DNA of 64,000 bases from Flavobacteriales bacterium (GTDB lineage: Bacteria; Bacteroidota; Bacteroidia; Flavobacteriales_C; GCA-002722245), in the NCBI GenBank assembly GCA_023251095.1, contig JAHEZL010000007.1:15136-79135 (forward strand), read 5' to 3'. Shown in pieces: positions 44,882 through 55,161 of this stretch. The notes below the pieces were generated by a model, which saw only the letters and a list, made by a program, of their open reading frames with translations, was not told the DNA's origin and made no database searches. Each line of letters begins with the position of its first letter. The first letter of the stretch is position 1. The position numbers and the translations under genes are program-made.

Positions 44882-47626
44882 ATGTCTCAACGAACAGGTA
44901 TTATTTTAATTGTTGTTCTCCTTGCTGTAGCTGGAGTTTTTGCGTATTTTTTTTATTCAGAAAGTGAAGATGTTAAAGTTCAGCTGACTTTAAATGCCAT
45001 TCCTGAAAATGCAGGATTGATCCTTCGTGCTTCGGATCCTTTTGCGAAATGGGAAGAAATAAAAAACAAGGGAGAGTACTGGAAAGATTTGTCGTTGTTG
45101 CCGGGAATTGCTGCTTTAGATAGTCAGATCACTTATTTCGCAAAAGCATTTAAGCTGAATGCGAAATTGCAAAATATGCTAACGGGAGGAGAGCCCGCCT
45201 TTCTTTCCTTGCACATGACGGGCGTGCGCGAATGCAGTGTGCTTTTTTCTTTTCAATGTAAAGATGCCTCTACGGTTGAGGTTTTTCAAAAAGTAATCAA
45301 TCAGGGAGATACTGGTGTTAAAGTTTTTTCCAGAACATATGAAGGTGTTGAGATTATTCAAAGTCAGAGCAACAAAACAGGTAAGGGGCATTCCATTGCT
45401 TATTCCGACGGAATTTTAGTGCTCAGTCCGAGCACCATTTTAGTGGAAGATGCCATTCGTTACCTCAAACATGGTTCGCCTTTAGTAGCCAACGCTGCGT
45501 TTATCAAGGTTTTTAAAGCGGCCGATCCCAATGCGTCTGCCAATATTTTTGTGAATTACCGTAAGTTGCCCGACATTATATCGGCTTTGATCAATTCTGA
45601 ATTTGCTCTCGAGTTGCAGGATCTGTCGAGCTTTGGCAGCTGGTCGGAAATCGATATCAATCTTAAACCAGATGGATTGATGCTGAATGGTTTCACTTAC
45701 GAGCCCGACAGCGTGAATACTTATTTGAAATTATTTTCTGGACAAAAAACGCAAAAAATTACCATCACCAATATTCTTCCCGAAAACACTGCTTTCTTTT
45801 TGTATTATGGAATAGAAGATTTCGATGCCTTTAAAAAAGGCTATAAAAATTATTTGTCGGGAACCAAGAGTTTGTATGAGTTTGAAAAAAGCATGGCCGA
45901 TATTGTTACCAAACATGATATCAATGTTGAAGACGATATTTACCCATGGGTAGGCAATGAAGTATGTATGCTGATGGCCCAGTCGCAATCGGAAGATTAC
46001 AAACAATCGGCTTACTTTGTAATACACGTCAATGATGTTGAACTGGCCGATAGTAAATTGAAAGAGATGCAGGCGAAAACCAATCCTGCTGCTGATTTGA
46101 TTGAATTCCAGACGTATAAAATTGAAAATCTCGGACTCACCAATTTCCTTCCTAAAGCATTTGGGAACATTGCCGGAATTATTCAGAATTCTTTTTATAT
46201 CATGATAGATGAGTATGTTGTTTTTGCCAATGATCCAGGGGCATTGAAACATTTTATCAATTCATATATCGGTGGGAAAACGCTGGCTAAAGATGCTCGC
46301 TTCATTCAGTTTATGGAGCAATTTTCCGACAATACCAATCTCATGACTTACTTCAATTTCAAGATGGCGGGTAATTTATGGAAGCCTTTTACATCCAATG
46401 ATTTTTATAAAAACATTGAGCAGAGCCTGGATACCATCAGCAAATTTGAAGCTTTCGCTTATCAGCTGAATTCAAACGGAAATCTTTTTTATTCCAATGC
46501 TTATCTGAAGTACAATCCTAAAGTGGAAAAGAAATCTATTTCACTGCTGGAAATAAAACTGGATACCACTTTTTCCATGCGTCCGCAAGCGATGCTCAAT
46601 CATCTAACGAAAGAGAAAGAGATTATTTTACAGGACGACGCCAATGCTTTATGCCTGATTAGTAAAGGCGGAAAAATATTGTGGGAGAAAAAACTCAATG
46701 AAAAAATACTGGGAGAAATTCACCAGGTGGATCGCTATAAAAATGGCAAGTTGCAGTATTTGTTTAACACTGCAGATAAAATGTACCTCGTCGACAGAAA
46801 CGGAAATGATGTTCCGGGGTTCCCTGTGGTGTTTAAAGTAAAAGCAACGGCACCATTAGCTTTACTGGATTATGACAAGAGTAGAAATTATCGCATTCTG
46901 GTTTCTTTCAGTAATGGTAAAATCATCAATTATGAAATCAACGGAGCTCCGGTGAAAGGCTGGGAATTTGAAGGAATGTCTAAAGAAATTAAAACGGCTC
47001 CTTATTATCTTTCTTTCAATAAAAAGGATTTTATAGTGGTGGTGGATGTTGCGGGCAATGTAAAAGTAATAGGCCGAAAAGGCGAGGAAAAAGCGAAGGT
47101 GAAAGGCAAGATCCCGAAATCAAAAAATAATGATTACGGCATTTTGCCGGGCGCTTCTTTCGAAAGATCGGCAGTGGTGAACACAGATGAAGACGGAACT
47201 TTACATCTGTTGTACCTCGACGGAAGAAAGGAAGAGATTTCTTTCCGTTCGGCAAGCGCCAATCATCAATGGTATTTACAAGATGTAAATGGAGACGGAG
47301 CAAAAGATATTGTTTACGCTGACGACGAAAATATCAGTGCATACAAAATAAGTAAAACCGAAATTTTCTCTGTTGATATAGGGGAATCCGACAATAAAGG
47401 CAAAGTGTATTTTGATGCATTAGCCTCCGGAACGTTTCGTATCGGATATGTGGATTATTTAAAAAATAAAGTATATTTGATGGATAACACGGGTAGTACA
47501 ACAGACGGATTTCCTATTGAAGCATCATCATCGTATCTAATTGAAGACTTAGACAATGATGGTTCTCTTGAGTTTATTGTAGGAGACAACAAAGGGAGTT
47601 TATATTTTTATCCTCTGGCCAAATAG
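44882..47626 (+). CDS. Large hypothetical membrane-anchored protein with C-terminal FG-GAP/VCBS-like repeats.
   Basis: It has an N-terminal transmembrane segment (GIILIVVLLAVAGVFAYFFY). The motifs DVNGDGAKDIVYADD and DLDNDGSLEFIVGD are present. The listed ORF starts at 44819. Confidence 0.35.
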   Translation: MSQRTGIILIVVLLAVAGVFAYFFYSESEDVKVQLTLNAIPENAGLILRASDPFAKWEEIKNKGEYWKDLSLLPGIAALDSQITYFAKAFKLNAKLQNMLTGGEPAFLSLHMTGVRECSVLFSFQCKDASTVEVFQKVINQGDTGVKVFSRTYEGVEIIQSQSNKTGKGHSIAYSDGILVLSPSTILVEDAIRYLKHGSPLVANAAFIKVFKAADPNASANIFVNYRKLPDIISALINSEFALELQDLSSFGSWSEIDINLKPDGLMLNGFTYEPDSVNTYLKLFSGQKTQKITITNILPENTAFFLYYGIEDFDAFKKGYKNYLSGTKSLYEFEKSMADIVTKHDINVEDDIYPWVGNEVCMLMAQSQSEDYKQSAYFVIHVNDVELADSKLKEMQAKTNPAADLIEFQTYKIENLGLTNFLPKAFGNIAGIIQNSFYIMIDEYVVFANDPGALKHFINSYIGGKTLAKDARFIQFMEQFSDNTNLMTYFNFKMAGNLWKPFTSNDFYKNIEQSLDTISKFEAFAYQLNSNGNLFYSNAYLKYNPKVEKKSISLLEIKLDTTFSMRPQAMLNHLTKEKEIILQDDANALCLISKGGKILWEKKLNEKILGEIHQVDRYKNGKLQYLFNTADKMYLVDRNGNDVPGFPVVFKVKATAPLALLDYDKSRNYRILVSFSNGKIINYEINGAPVKGWEFEGMSKEIKTAPYYLSFNKKDFIVVVDVAGNVKVIGRKGEEKAKVKGKIPKSKNNDYGILPGASFERSAVVNTDEDGTLHLLYLDGRKEEISFRSASANHQWYLQDVNGDGAKDIVYADDENISAYKISKTEIFSVDIGESDNKGKVYFDALASGTFRIGYVDYLKNKVYLMDNTGSTTDGFPIEASSSYLIEDLDNDGSLEFIVGDNKGSLYFYPLAK

Positions 47627-47698
47627 CCGGAAATATTGAGATAACCTTCTGAGTAATTTGTCGTAGGAATGATCGTCTGAAGAAATTTTGTTTATATT

Positions 47699-49777
47699 AT
47701 GAAAAGAGTTTTACTGGTTGCCTTTCCGTTAATTTTGTTATCATCTTGCTTCAAAGACAAGTACGATTTTCAAAATTTAGACACCAAGGATTTCAATCCT
47801 TCCGTAGCCGCTCCGCTGGTAAATACGGATCTCGTTTTAGGTGATTTAATAAGCTCTGTAGATACTTCCTTAATTGCTCCCGATCAGGATAATTTATTGC
47901 ATCTGACTTACTCTTCAAATCTTTTTTCATATAAAGTTGCCGATTTAATTACCATTCCGTCTCAATCTATTTCTCAGTCTTTCGGTTTGGCCGGATTTAC
48001 AATTCCTGCCATCAATACAGGTGCTTCCGTTACACTGGGAACTGTTGTTGCAGGAATGAGCAATCCTCAAAAAACAACTTTGCAAAATGCGAATGGTTCA
48101 AGTGCTCCCTTTCCTGCAATCCCCGCACAAGCAGGAGGATCGGTTGCAGTTCCATCTTTAAGTGGATTCAGCTCCGTTACTTTTAGTGCCGGTACTTTAA
48201 CAATGGGCATCACCAACAACTGGCCTACTCAATTGAATAATGTGCAAATTGAAATACGAAATGTAAGCGGTAACGGATTGGTGGCAACGTTTAATTACCC
48301 TGTTATCGCAGCAGGTGCAAGTTCATCGGCCGGCGCAAGTTTAATTGGTGTGACCATGAAAAGTGATATTAAAGTAACTATTGTGTCATTCAGTTCACCG
48401 GGTACTTTCCCCACTTTTGTGCCTATTGATTTAAGTGATGATTTGTCGATGACTATTTCTACTGCCAATTTAGCTATTGCAAGTGCAAGTGCAGTTTTCC
48501 CGTCAGGAGAGGTGTTGAATCAAACTATTGAAACCGATATCACTATGCCAAACGGCGCAGAACTAAAGACCTTAAATCTTAAATCCGGTACAATGTCTTA
48601 TGACATTGATTATGGAGTAAGAGAAAATGCACAAATCGTTATTACACTTCCTTACGTGAAAAAAAACGGAGTGGCTTTCAGTGAAATTATTCCTTTAAAC
48701 TCTGATCATATTAATGCTACCAATGCTACAGGATCATTTGATTTATCAGGTTACTCCTTTGATTTAACAGGCGGAGGTGCTAAAGTAAATTATTTACCGG
48801 CTACCATTGTTGCCAGCGTTATTTCTTCAGGAAATCCGGTACCTATTACCACTACTGATTCGGTAAAGGCGGTGATCACCATTGATCAGCTGGCCTTCTC
48901 TTATATAGAAGGATATCTGGGAACACAATCTTTAAACATTCCTACGGATTCCTTAGATTTCTCTTTCTTTAAAAATCCTTTGGGCGCTAATATTTCTTTG
49001 GCCGATCCTAAACTTACTTTAAAATTAAAGAGTTCGGTAGGTATTCCTATCAATGGAGATTTATCTGCTTTGTCGGTGATCAAAGAAGATGGAAATACTC
49101 TTGCATTCACCGGAATTGCTAATCCTTTGGTGATTAACAGTCCGACTGTTGTTGGCAATACAGCTACCACCAATATTAATATTGATAAAACAACTACCAA
49201 TGTTATTGATGTGTTGAGCAGCAATCCTACCAGTATCATTTATGGAATGACAGGAACTTTAAATCCTGGCGGGCCAACCACCAATTTCATTACCGATTCC
49301 AGTTCAATTTCTGTTTCAATGGATCTGGATGTGCCTCTTTACGGAAAGATTTCAGGTTTTGTGATCAAAGACACTATTTCTTTCCCGGTTGAAGCTTTTG
49401 AAAATGTATTGTCGGCTAACCTGCGTACCAATATTACCAGCGAATATCCTATTGAGGCAGATGTGCAAATGTATTTCTTAGATGCCAATTACCTTGTTCT
49501 GGATTCTATATTCGATGATGGATACCGTGTAGTTGTTCCTTCTTCAACAATAGATTCAGACGGAGAGTTGGTTTCCGCTTCCACAAAACAAACCGATATG
49601 CCTGTGGACGAAGCTAAAGTTGAAATGTTGAAAAGCGCAAAATATATAGTGCTGGCTTCTAAACTGGCCACAGCAAATAATGGAGCTACATCAGCGAAGT
49701 TCTATTCCACCTATAAAATGAATATAAAACTGGGTGTTATAGCCACAGTTAAAATTGATATTAAGCAGAAAAAATGA
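47699..49777 (+). CDS. Hypothetical lipoprotein rich in Thr, Ser and Asn.
   Basis: It has a lipoprotein signal (LLSSCFKD). It overlaps the next gene by 4 nt. Confidence 0.35.
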   Translation: MKRVLLVAFPLILLSSCFKDKYDFQNLDTKDFNPSVAAPLVNTDLVLGDLISSVDTSLIAPDQDNLLHLTYSSNLFSYKVADLITIPSQSISQSFGLAGFTIPAINTGASVTLGTVVAGMSNPQKTTLQNANGSSAPFPAIPAQAGGSVAVPSLSGFSSVTFSAGTLTMGITNNWPTQLNNVQIEIRNVSGNGLVATFNYPVIAAGASSSAGASLIGVTMKSDIKVTIVSFSSPGTFPTFVPIDLSDDLSMTISTANLAIASASAVFPSGEVLNQTIETDITMPNGAELKTLNLKSGTMSYDIDYGVRENAQIVITLPYVKKNGVAFSEIIPLNSDHINATNATGSFDLSGYSFDLTGGGAKVNYLPATIVASVISSGNPVPITTTDSVKAVITIDQLAFSYIEGYLGTQSLNIPTDSLDFSFFKNPLGANISLADPKLTLKLKSSVGIPINGDLSALSVIKEDGNTLAFTGIANPLVINSPTVVGNTATTNINIDKTTTNVIDVLSSNPTSIIYGMTGTLNPGGPTTNFITDSSSISVSMDLDVPLYGKISGFVIKDTISFPVEAFENVLSANLRTNITSEYPIEADVQMYFLDANYLVLDSIFDDGYRVVVPSSTIDSDGELVSASTKQTDMPVDEAKVEMLKSAKYIVLASKLATANNGATSAKFYSTYKMNIKLGVIATVKIDIKQKK

Positions 49778-51723
49778 TCAGGAAAGTAGTCACTTTATTA
49801 TTGTTTTCGGTTCTTGTTAACTCTGCGTTTGCACAAGGATTGACAATGTACAACATGGATATGATTCCGCAATCTACCAGAACCAATCCCGGAATAATGC
49901 CAAAAGCAAAATTCCATTTGGGCTTGCCTGTCCTGTCGTATATAGATCTTGGCTTGGTGAACAATGGTTTTGTGCTTTCCGACTATATCAGCAACAACAC
50001 CATTACTTCCGATAAAATGTTGTCGAAATTAGAAACCGACAATTATATTTCTCTCAATCTAAATCTCGATTTAATCTCCTTCGGATTTAAAGTAGGCAAG
50101 AAAAATTATTTCTCTTTTAATGCCACTGAAAAAATTGCCTTCAACTTCGATTACTCCAAAAACTTTATGACCCTTTTGAATAAGGGTACCGCTCCGTTTA
50201 TTGGTCAAACAGTATCGATGGTTGGTACAGGTTTGAAGTTTACGCATTACAGAGAATTCGGAATAGGTTATACCCGTGAATGGAATGATAAATTAACGGT
50301 GGGACTTAAACTCAAGTTATTGCAAGGCTTAAGCAACTTTACCAGTGAAGAATTGGATATTTCTTTAACTACCAATGAAGAGGATTATGCACTTACAGCT
50401 ACATCTACTATCGGATTAAGAACAGCCGGACTTGCTTTTTTAACCGACTCTAACAGCACTTTTAGTCCTTCGGGATACATGGCCAATTTTGAAAACCTGG
50501 GTGCTGCCATCGACTTAGGTGCGAACTATACAATTAACGACAAAATTTCAGCTTCCTTTTCTGCAACTGACCTTGGTGTCATTCAATGGAAAACCGATGC
50601 ACGTCGTTATTACAATAATAAAGCGGAGTTTACATGGAATGGTTTGGATATCATGAAATACATGAGCGATACCAATAAAACGGCCTACACTAAAAACCTG
50701 AGCGATAGTTTGACCAATATTTTCGGATTGAAGAAACAAAATTATGCTTACTCTACTAATCTTGTAGGTAATATTTATGTGGGTGGGCAATATAAATTCA
50801 ACAAATGGTTCAATCTCGGATTGTTGTTTCACGGTCAGCTTTTTGCCGGAAATTTATATCCGTCGTACACCGCTTTGGGTGGAATGAATTTGAGTCGTTG
50901 GGTACAGGCTTCCGTTAGTTATTCAGTGGTAAACAGAAGCTACAATAACGTGGGAGCTGCATTGGCTTTGAATCTCGGACCGGTTCAGATTTATATGGCA
51001 GGGGATAATGTGTTGGGATTTTCTCAACTGGATTATGCCAAAACACTTAACCTGCGTTTAGGAGTCAACATCATGACGGGGTATTCTGTTAAGTTATCCA
51101 AAGAACAAAAACAACAGGAAAAAATCAAAAGAACTTTATCTAAGAAAGATACCGATAAGGATGGCGTAAATGATTATGAAGACAAATGCATTGATGTTGC
51201 CGGTTTGAAAGAATTTAAAGGATGTACGGATAAAGATGGTGATGGTGTTGCCGATAACGAAGATATCTGTCCGACAGAGCCGGGTACTATTGAAACCGGA
51301 GGCTGTCCTGATACGGACAATGATGGTTTTGCCGACAGAGTGGATGAGTGTCCTGCACAATACGGATTGCTGAAAGGCTGTCCGGATGCGGATAAGGATA
51401 GCATCAAAGACTCTGAAGACCTTTGTCCTAACCTAGTCGGAACAAAAGCAATGAAAGGTTGTCCTGATACTGATAAAGACGGCGTGTCGGATGTTAATGA
51501 TTTGTGTCCGCAATTGAAAGGAAGTCCTGAACATGCCGGTTGTCCTGATACCGACGGTGACGGCATCTACGATAATGAAGATAAATGTCCGAACGAAAAA
51601 GGAACAGCTGAATTACAAGGTTGTACTGATAAAGACAGCGACCATGACTCCATACCGGATGTTCTGGATAAATGTCCTCTTCGTGTAGGTCCGGCTGAAA
51701 ACGGCGGTTGTCCGATAGAGTAA
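49774..51723 (+). CDS. Outer-membrane-type protein with C-terminal thrombospondin type-3 (calcium-binding) repeats.
   Basis: There is a signal peptide. The N-terminal ~430 aa are beta-rich. The C-terminal repeats read DTDKDGVNDYEDKC, DKDGDGVADNEDICP and DTDNDGFADRVDECP. Confidence 0.45.
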   Translation: MIRKVVTLLLFSVLVNSAFAQGLTMYNMDMIPQSTRTNPGIMPKAKFHLGLPVLSYIDLGLVNNGFVLSDYISNNTITSDKMLSKLETDNYISLNLNLDLISFGFKVGKKNYFSFNATEKIAFNFDYSKNFMTLLNKGTAPFIGQTVSMVGTGLKFTHYREFGIGYTREWNDKLTVGLKLKLLQGLSNFTSEELDISLTTNEEDYALTATSTIGLRTAGLAFLTDSNSTFSPSGYMANFENLGAAIDLGANYTINDKISASFSATDLGVIQWKTDARRYYNNKAEFTWNGLDIMKYMSDTNKTAYTKNLSDSLTNIFGLKKQNYAYSTNLVGNIYVGGQYKFNKWFNLGLLFHGQLFAGNLYPSYTALGGMNLSRWVQASVSYSVVNRSYNNVGAALALNLGPVQIYMAGDNVLGFSQLDYAKTLNLRLGVNIMTGYSVKLSKEQKQQEKIKRTLSKKDTDKDGVNDYEDKCIDVAGLKEFKGCTDKDGDGVADNEDICPTEPGTIETGGCPDTDNDGFADRVDECPAQYGLLKGCPDADKDSIKDSEDLCPNLVGTKAMKGCPDTDKDGVSDVNDLCPQLKGSPEHAGCPDTDGDGIYDNEDKCPNEKGTAELQGCTDKDSDHDSIPDVLDKCPLRVGPAENGGCPIE

Positions 51724-51745
51724 AAGATTTTAAAGTAAAAAAATA

Positions 51746-51777
51746 AGGCCTGAAGTTCTTTTTGAAACTTTAGGCCT
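51746..51777 (+). terminator. Intrinsic terminator after the TSP3-repeat gene.
   Basis: The hairpin AGGCCTGAAGTT...AACTTTAGGCCT is followed by TTTT. Confidence 0.5.
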
Positions 51778-51833
51778 TTTACTTTCCACTTTCGCCATTC
51801 TATTTCTTATTTTTACCCTCCCAATCTTTTCAA

Positions 51834-52922
51834 ATGAAGGAAATTAAATCTCAGGATTATTCTGTTTTTATCGGCGATGATGTTTTGTCTTCTCTGCAAA
51901 GCTTTCTGGATAAAGGTCCTGTGCAATATACCAAGTGTTTTATTTTAGTAGATGAACATACATTAAAACACTGCTTACCGAAAGTTGTAACGGAGGTTCC
52001 TTTTTTGAAAGATGCTGAAATCATTGAAATTGAAAGCGGAGAACAGAATAAATGTATTGAAGTGGTTACTCAGGTTTGGATTGCTTTAAGTGAGGCCGAG
52101 GCCGATAGAAAAGCCTTATTTGTGAATTTGGGCGGAGGAGTGATTGGTGATATGGGAGGTTTCATTGCCGCTACTTATAAAAGAGGAATTGATTTTATTA
52201 ATATTCCAACCACCTTGCTTGCTCAGGTAGATGCTTCTGTTGGTGGTAAATTGGGAATTGATCTCAATGGTTTAAAAAATCAAATCGGCGTTTTTTCGTA
52301 TCCTAAAGGAGTGTTCATGTTGCCTTCTTTTTTGGAGACTTTGCCCGACGGGCAAATTCGTTCGGGATTTGCTGAAGTATTGAAACATGCGCTCATTCGC
52401 GATAAAAAACATTGGGATACGGTAAAGAAAATCAATCTTAAAAAATCTGTCGACTGGGAGAAAATCGTTGCGTGGTCGGTGAACATAAAAAATGATATCG
52501 TGCTGCAGGATCCGCGTGAAAAGGGTTTGCGTAAGTTGTTGAACTTCGGTCATACTGTTGGACATGCTGTAGAAACTTTGTCTCTCGAACACATCGCCCT
52601 CACCGATTTAATGCACGGCGAAGCCATAGCTGTTGGAATGATAGTGGAATTGCATTTAAGTAAAGTACTGGCAGGAATGCCTGCCGATGAAGTGGAAGAA
52701 GTGGTGGAGGTCTTGGTAAATTTATATCAGCCGGAAATTCTTCGTGAAGATTTTTTTGATGCCTATCTGCAATTGATGATGCAGGATAAAAAGAATGATA
52801 AGGGAGCAATTAATTTCACTTTGCTGAAATCCATCGGCAATGGAGAAGTGAATTATACGGCCTCTAAAGATCAGATCATCGCAGCTCTTAATTACTATAA
52901 TTCAGTTATTGCCCGTGCGTAG
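51834..52922 (+). CDS. aroB: 3-dehydroquinate synthase.
   Basis: The motif GGGVIGDMGGF...DASVGGK is present. Confidence 0.85.
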   Translation: MKEIKSQDYSVFIGDDVLSSLQSFLDKGPVQYTKCFILVDEHTLKHCLPKVVTEVPFLKDAEIIEIESGEQNKCIEVVTQVWIALSEAEADRKALFVNLGGGVIGDMGGFIAATYKRGIDFINIPTTLLAQVDASVGGKLGIDLNGLKNQIGVFSYPKGVFMLPSFLETLPDGQIRSGFAEVLKHALIRDKKHWDTVKKINLKKSVDWEKIVAWSVNIKNDIVLQDPREKGLRKLLNFGHTVGHAVETLSLEHIALTDLMHGEAIAVGMIVELHLSKVLAGMPADEVEEVVEVLVNLYQPEILREDFFDAYLQLMMQDKKNDKGAINFTLLKSIGNGEVNYTASKDQIIAALNYYNSVIARA

Positions 52923-54129
52923 TATTCCCAAACACAATAGAATTTTAAAAGGAGAAATTGTTTTAACTGCTTCAAAAAGCGAAAGCAACAGAGTATTGTT
53001 GATTCGCGCTTTGTGCGACACTTCTTTTCCCATTCATAATCTGGCTGCGGCTAAGGATACACAAACAATGATTCAGCTTTTAGAAAGTAAAAGCAATACC
53101 TGGGATGTTGGTCCGGCCGGAACTACCATGCGTTTTTTAACTGCATACGCAGCTTTGCAACCCGGCAATAAAATCATGACAGGCAGTGAGCGAATGCGCA
53201 ACCGCCCTATTAAAATTCTGGTAGATGCGTTACGTGCTTTAGGTGCTGATATTAAATACACGGAGAAGGATGGTTGTCCGCCACTGGATATCAAAGGGGG
53301 AAAACTGAAAGGCGGAAAAATTTCTATCGACGGTAGTGTGAGCAGTCAGTATTTATCGGCATTGTTGATGATAGCGCCAAAGTTGAAAGGCGGATTGGAA
53401 ATGCACTTAACAGGAAAAGTAGCTTCTGTTCCTTACTTGACAATGACTTTGCGTTTGATGGAATATTTTGGTGCAAAATCGAGTTGGGATGGAGCAGTGA
53501 TTAAAGTGGAAGAGGGATCCTATGAGCCTAAAGAATTTACGGTAGAAGCCGATTGGAGCGGAGCAAGTTATTGGTATCAAATGGCGGCGTTTGCAACGGA
53601 ATTGGATCTTCGTATTTATGGCTTAAAGGCTACTTTATTTAGTTTGCAAGGAGATTCAGCTATTGTGGAAATGTATGATAGATTAGGAGTGAAATCTACA
53701 TTTTTCCCGGGCGGAGTACATTTGACCAAAAACAATAAATCTCTTTCACCTGAATTCAACGACGATTTTACTCATTGCCCGGATGTAGCACAAACATTAG
53801 CAGTGACAATGGCGGGATTAGGCATAGGAGGTAAGCTCACCGGCTTAGAAAGCTTGCGCATCAAAGAAACCGATCGCATTGCTGCAGTTCAAAATGAGTT
53901 GGCAAAATTCGGTATTGAGGTAGGTGCTGTTGGAGATCATACTATGGTCGTTCATCCCGGCAAATTAAAAGAATCACCAGTTGCTGTTGAAACTTACGAA
54001 GATCACCGCATGGCAATGGCTTTTGCGCCTTTGGCAATGTTAGTCAATGGAATTCAAATTGAAGAACCGGAAGTGGTTGAAAAATCCTATCCGGCGTTTT
54101 GGACCGATCTTGAAAAAGTTGGATTTTAA
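52909..54129 (+). CDS. aroA: 3-phosphoshikimate 1-carboxyvinyltransferase (EPSP synthase).
   Basis: The two-domain EPSP synthase pattern is present (LLESKSNTWDVGPAGTTMRFL...). Confidence 0.85.
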   Translation: MPVRSIPKHNRILKGEIVLTASKSESNRVLLIRALCDTSFPIHNLAAAKDTQTMIQLLESKSNTWDVGPAGTTMRFLTAYAALQPGNKIMTGSERMRNRPIKILVDALRALGADIKYTEKDGCPPLDIKGGKLKGGKISIDGSVSSQYLSALLMIAPKLKGGLEMHLTGKVASVPYLTMTLRLMEYFGAKSSWDGAVIKVEEGSYEPKEFTVEADWSGASYWYQMAAFATELDLRIYGLKATLFSLQGDSAIVEMYDRLGVKSTFFPGGVHLTKNNKSLSPEFNDDFTHCPDVAQTLAVTMAGLGIGGKLTGLESLRIKETDRIAAVQNELAKFGIEVGAVGDHTMVVHPGKLKESPVAVETYEDHRMAMAFAPLAMLVNGIQIEEPEVVEKSYPAFWTDLEKVGF

Positions 54130-54779
54130 ATCTCTACCAGCTTATTTTTCACAGCGTACATCACCAGTTCAGCAACATTTTTCACTTTTACTTTTTGCAT
54201 GATGTTGGTTCTGTGTGTATCCACCGTTCTGTGGCTGATAGAAAGCAATCCTGCTATTTTCTGATTGTTTAATCCTTCCAAGATCAGTTTTACGATTTGT
54301 AATTCACGTTTGGTGAGGATTTCACCTTTGCTGAATTTAGAATCGAGTCCGTCCTGAGTCGCCATGTAGTTCAACGCCATAATGCGTGAAACTTCCTGTG
54401 CGAAATATTTTCCGCCGTTGGCAACTTCCTTAACGGCTATGATTAATTCTTCGTGAGGTGAATTTTTAAGAATGTATCCGTCGGCACCGGCCTGAACACT
54501 TCTTTTGATGTAATCTTCTTTCAAATGCATAGAAAGCATGATCACTCTTGTTCTCGGATTGCTTTGAATGATTTCTTTGGTCAATAATATACCATCGGTT
54601 TCTTCCAGAGAGATGTCCATTAATACAACATCCGGTTTTGTAGCTTCTACCATTTCGAAGCATTGGATTTCATCAGCAGCTTCCCCTACAACTTCGATGT
54701 CATCATTGTTTAGTAACGATGAAATAGCACGACGAATCAATCTGTGATCGTCGACAATTAAAACTTTAATTTTACGCAT
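54126..54779 (-). CDS. NarL/LuxR-family response regulator with no adjacent kinase.
   Basis: A receiver domain (VLIVDDHRL..) is followed by a LuxR HTH (LTKRELQIVKLILEGLNNQKIAGLLSIS..TV). Confidence 0.85.
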   Translation of the reverse strand: MRKIKVLIVDDHRLIRRAISSLLNNDDIEVVGEAADEIQCFEMVEATKPDVVLMDISLEETDGILLTKEIIQSNPRTRVIMLSMHLKEDYIKRSVQAGADGYILKNSPHEELIIAVKEVANGGKYFAQEVSRIMALNYMATQDGLDSKFSKGEILTKRELQIVKLILEGLNNQKIAGLLSISHRTVDTHRTNIMQKVKVKNVAELVMYAVKNKLVEI

Positions 54780-55161
54780 AGAGCCCCTTTTCTAAAAAAC
54801 CTTTTATTATACCCATCAACAATTTAATTATAAATACCGTTCAACGCAAGTTATATGGTATCTATTTATTCCCTGTATACTTAAATATATGTTTTTTGTC
54901 GACATAAAAATGGATGTATTCGACGAACGGTTAAAAATTATCGACTAAAATTTGACATCTCTTCATTCTTATTGTATCTTTGATTTACTAAAAATACTCC
55001 CACAGTATAAACTGTAAGTAGTTTAGTTAAGTTTAGTTAGGTTAGGTTAGAAAATGCTGGATGCCCGTCCGGCATTTTCTTTTTTGTTTTAACTCATTTT
55101 AATTCCCAGTTTCCTCTTAAATCAATACTCTTGTGGCGAGGAACACTAAAAACAAAAAACA

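Noticed and set aside
51174-51566. A 130-aa minus-strand ORF rich in Ser, Gly and Pro.
   Set aside because: It is antisense to the thrombospondin type-3 repeats of 49774..51723. It is a repeat-induced open frame with no independent support.
54940-54955. An ACGGTTAAAAAT sequence upstream of the LuxR regulator.
   Set aside because: The core is CGGTTAAA, not CCGTTAAA, and it is unpaired.
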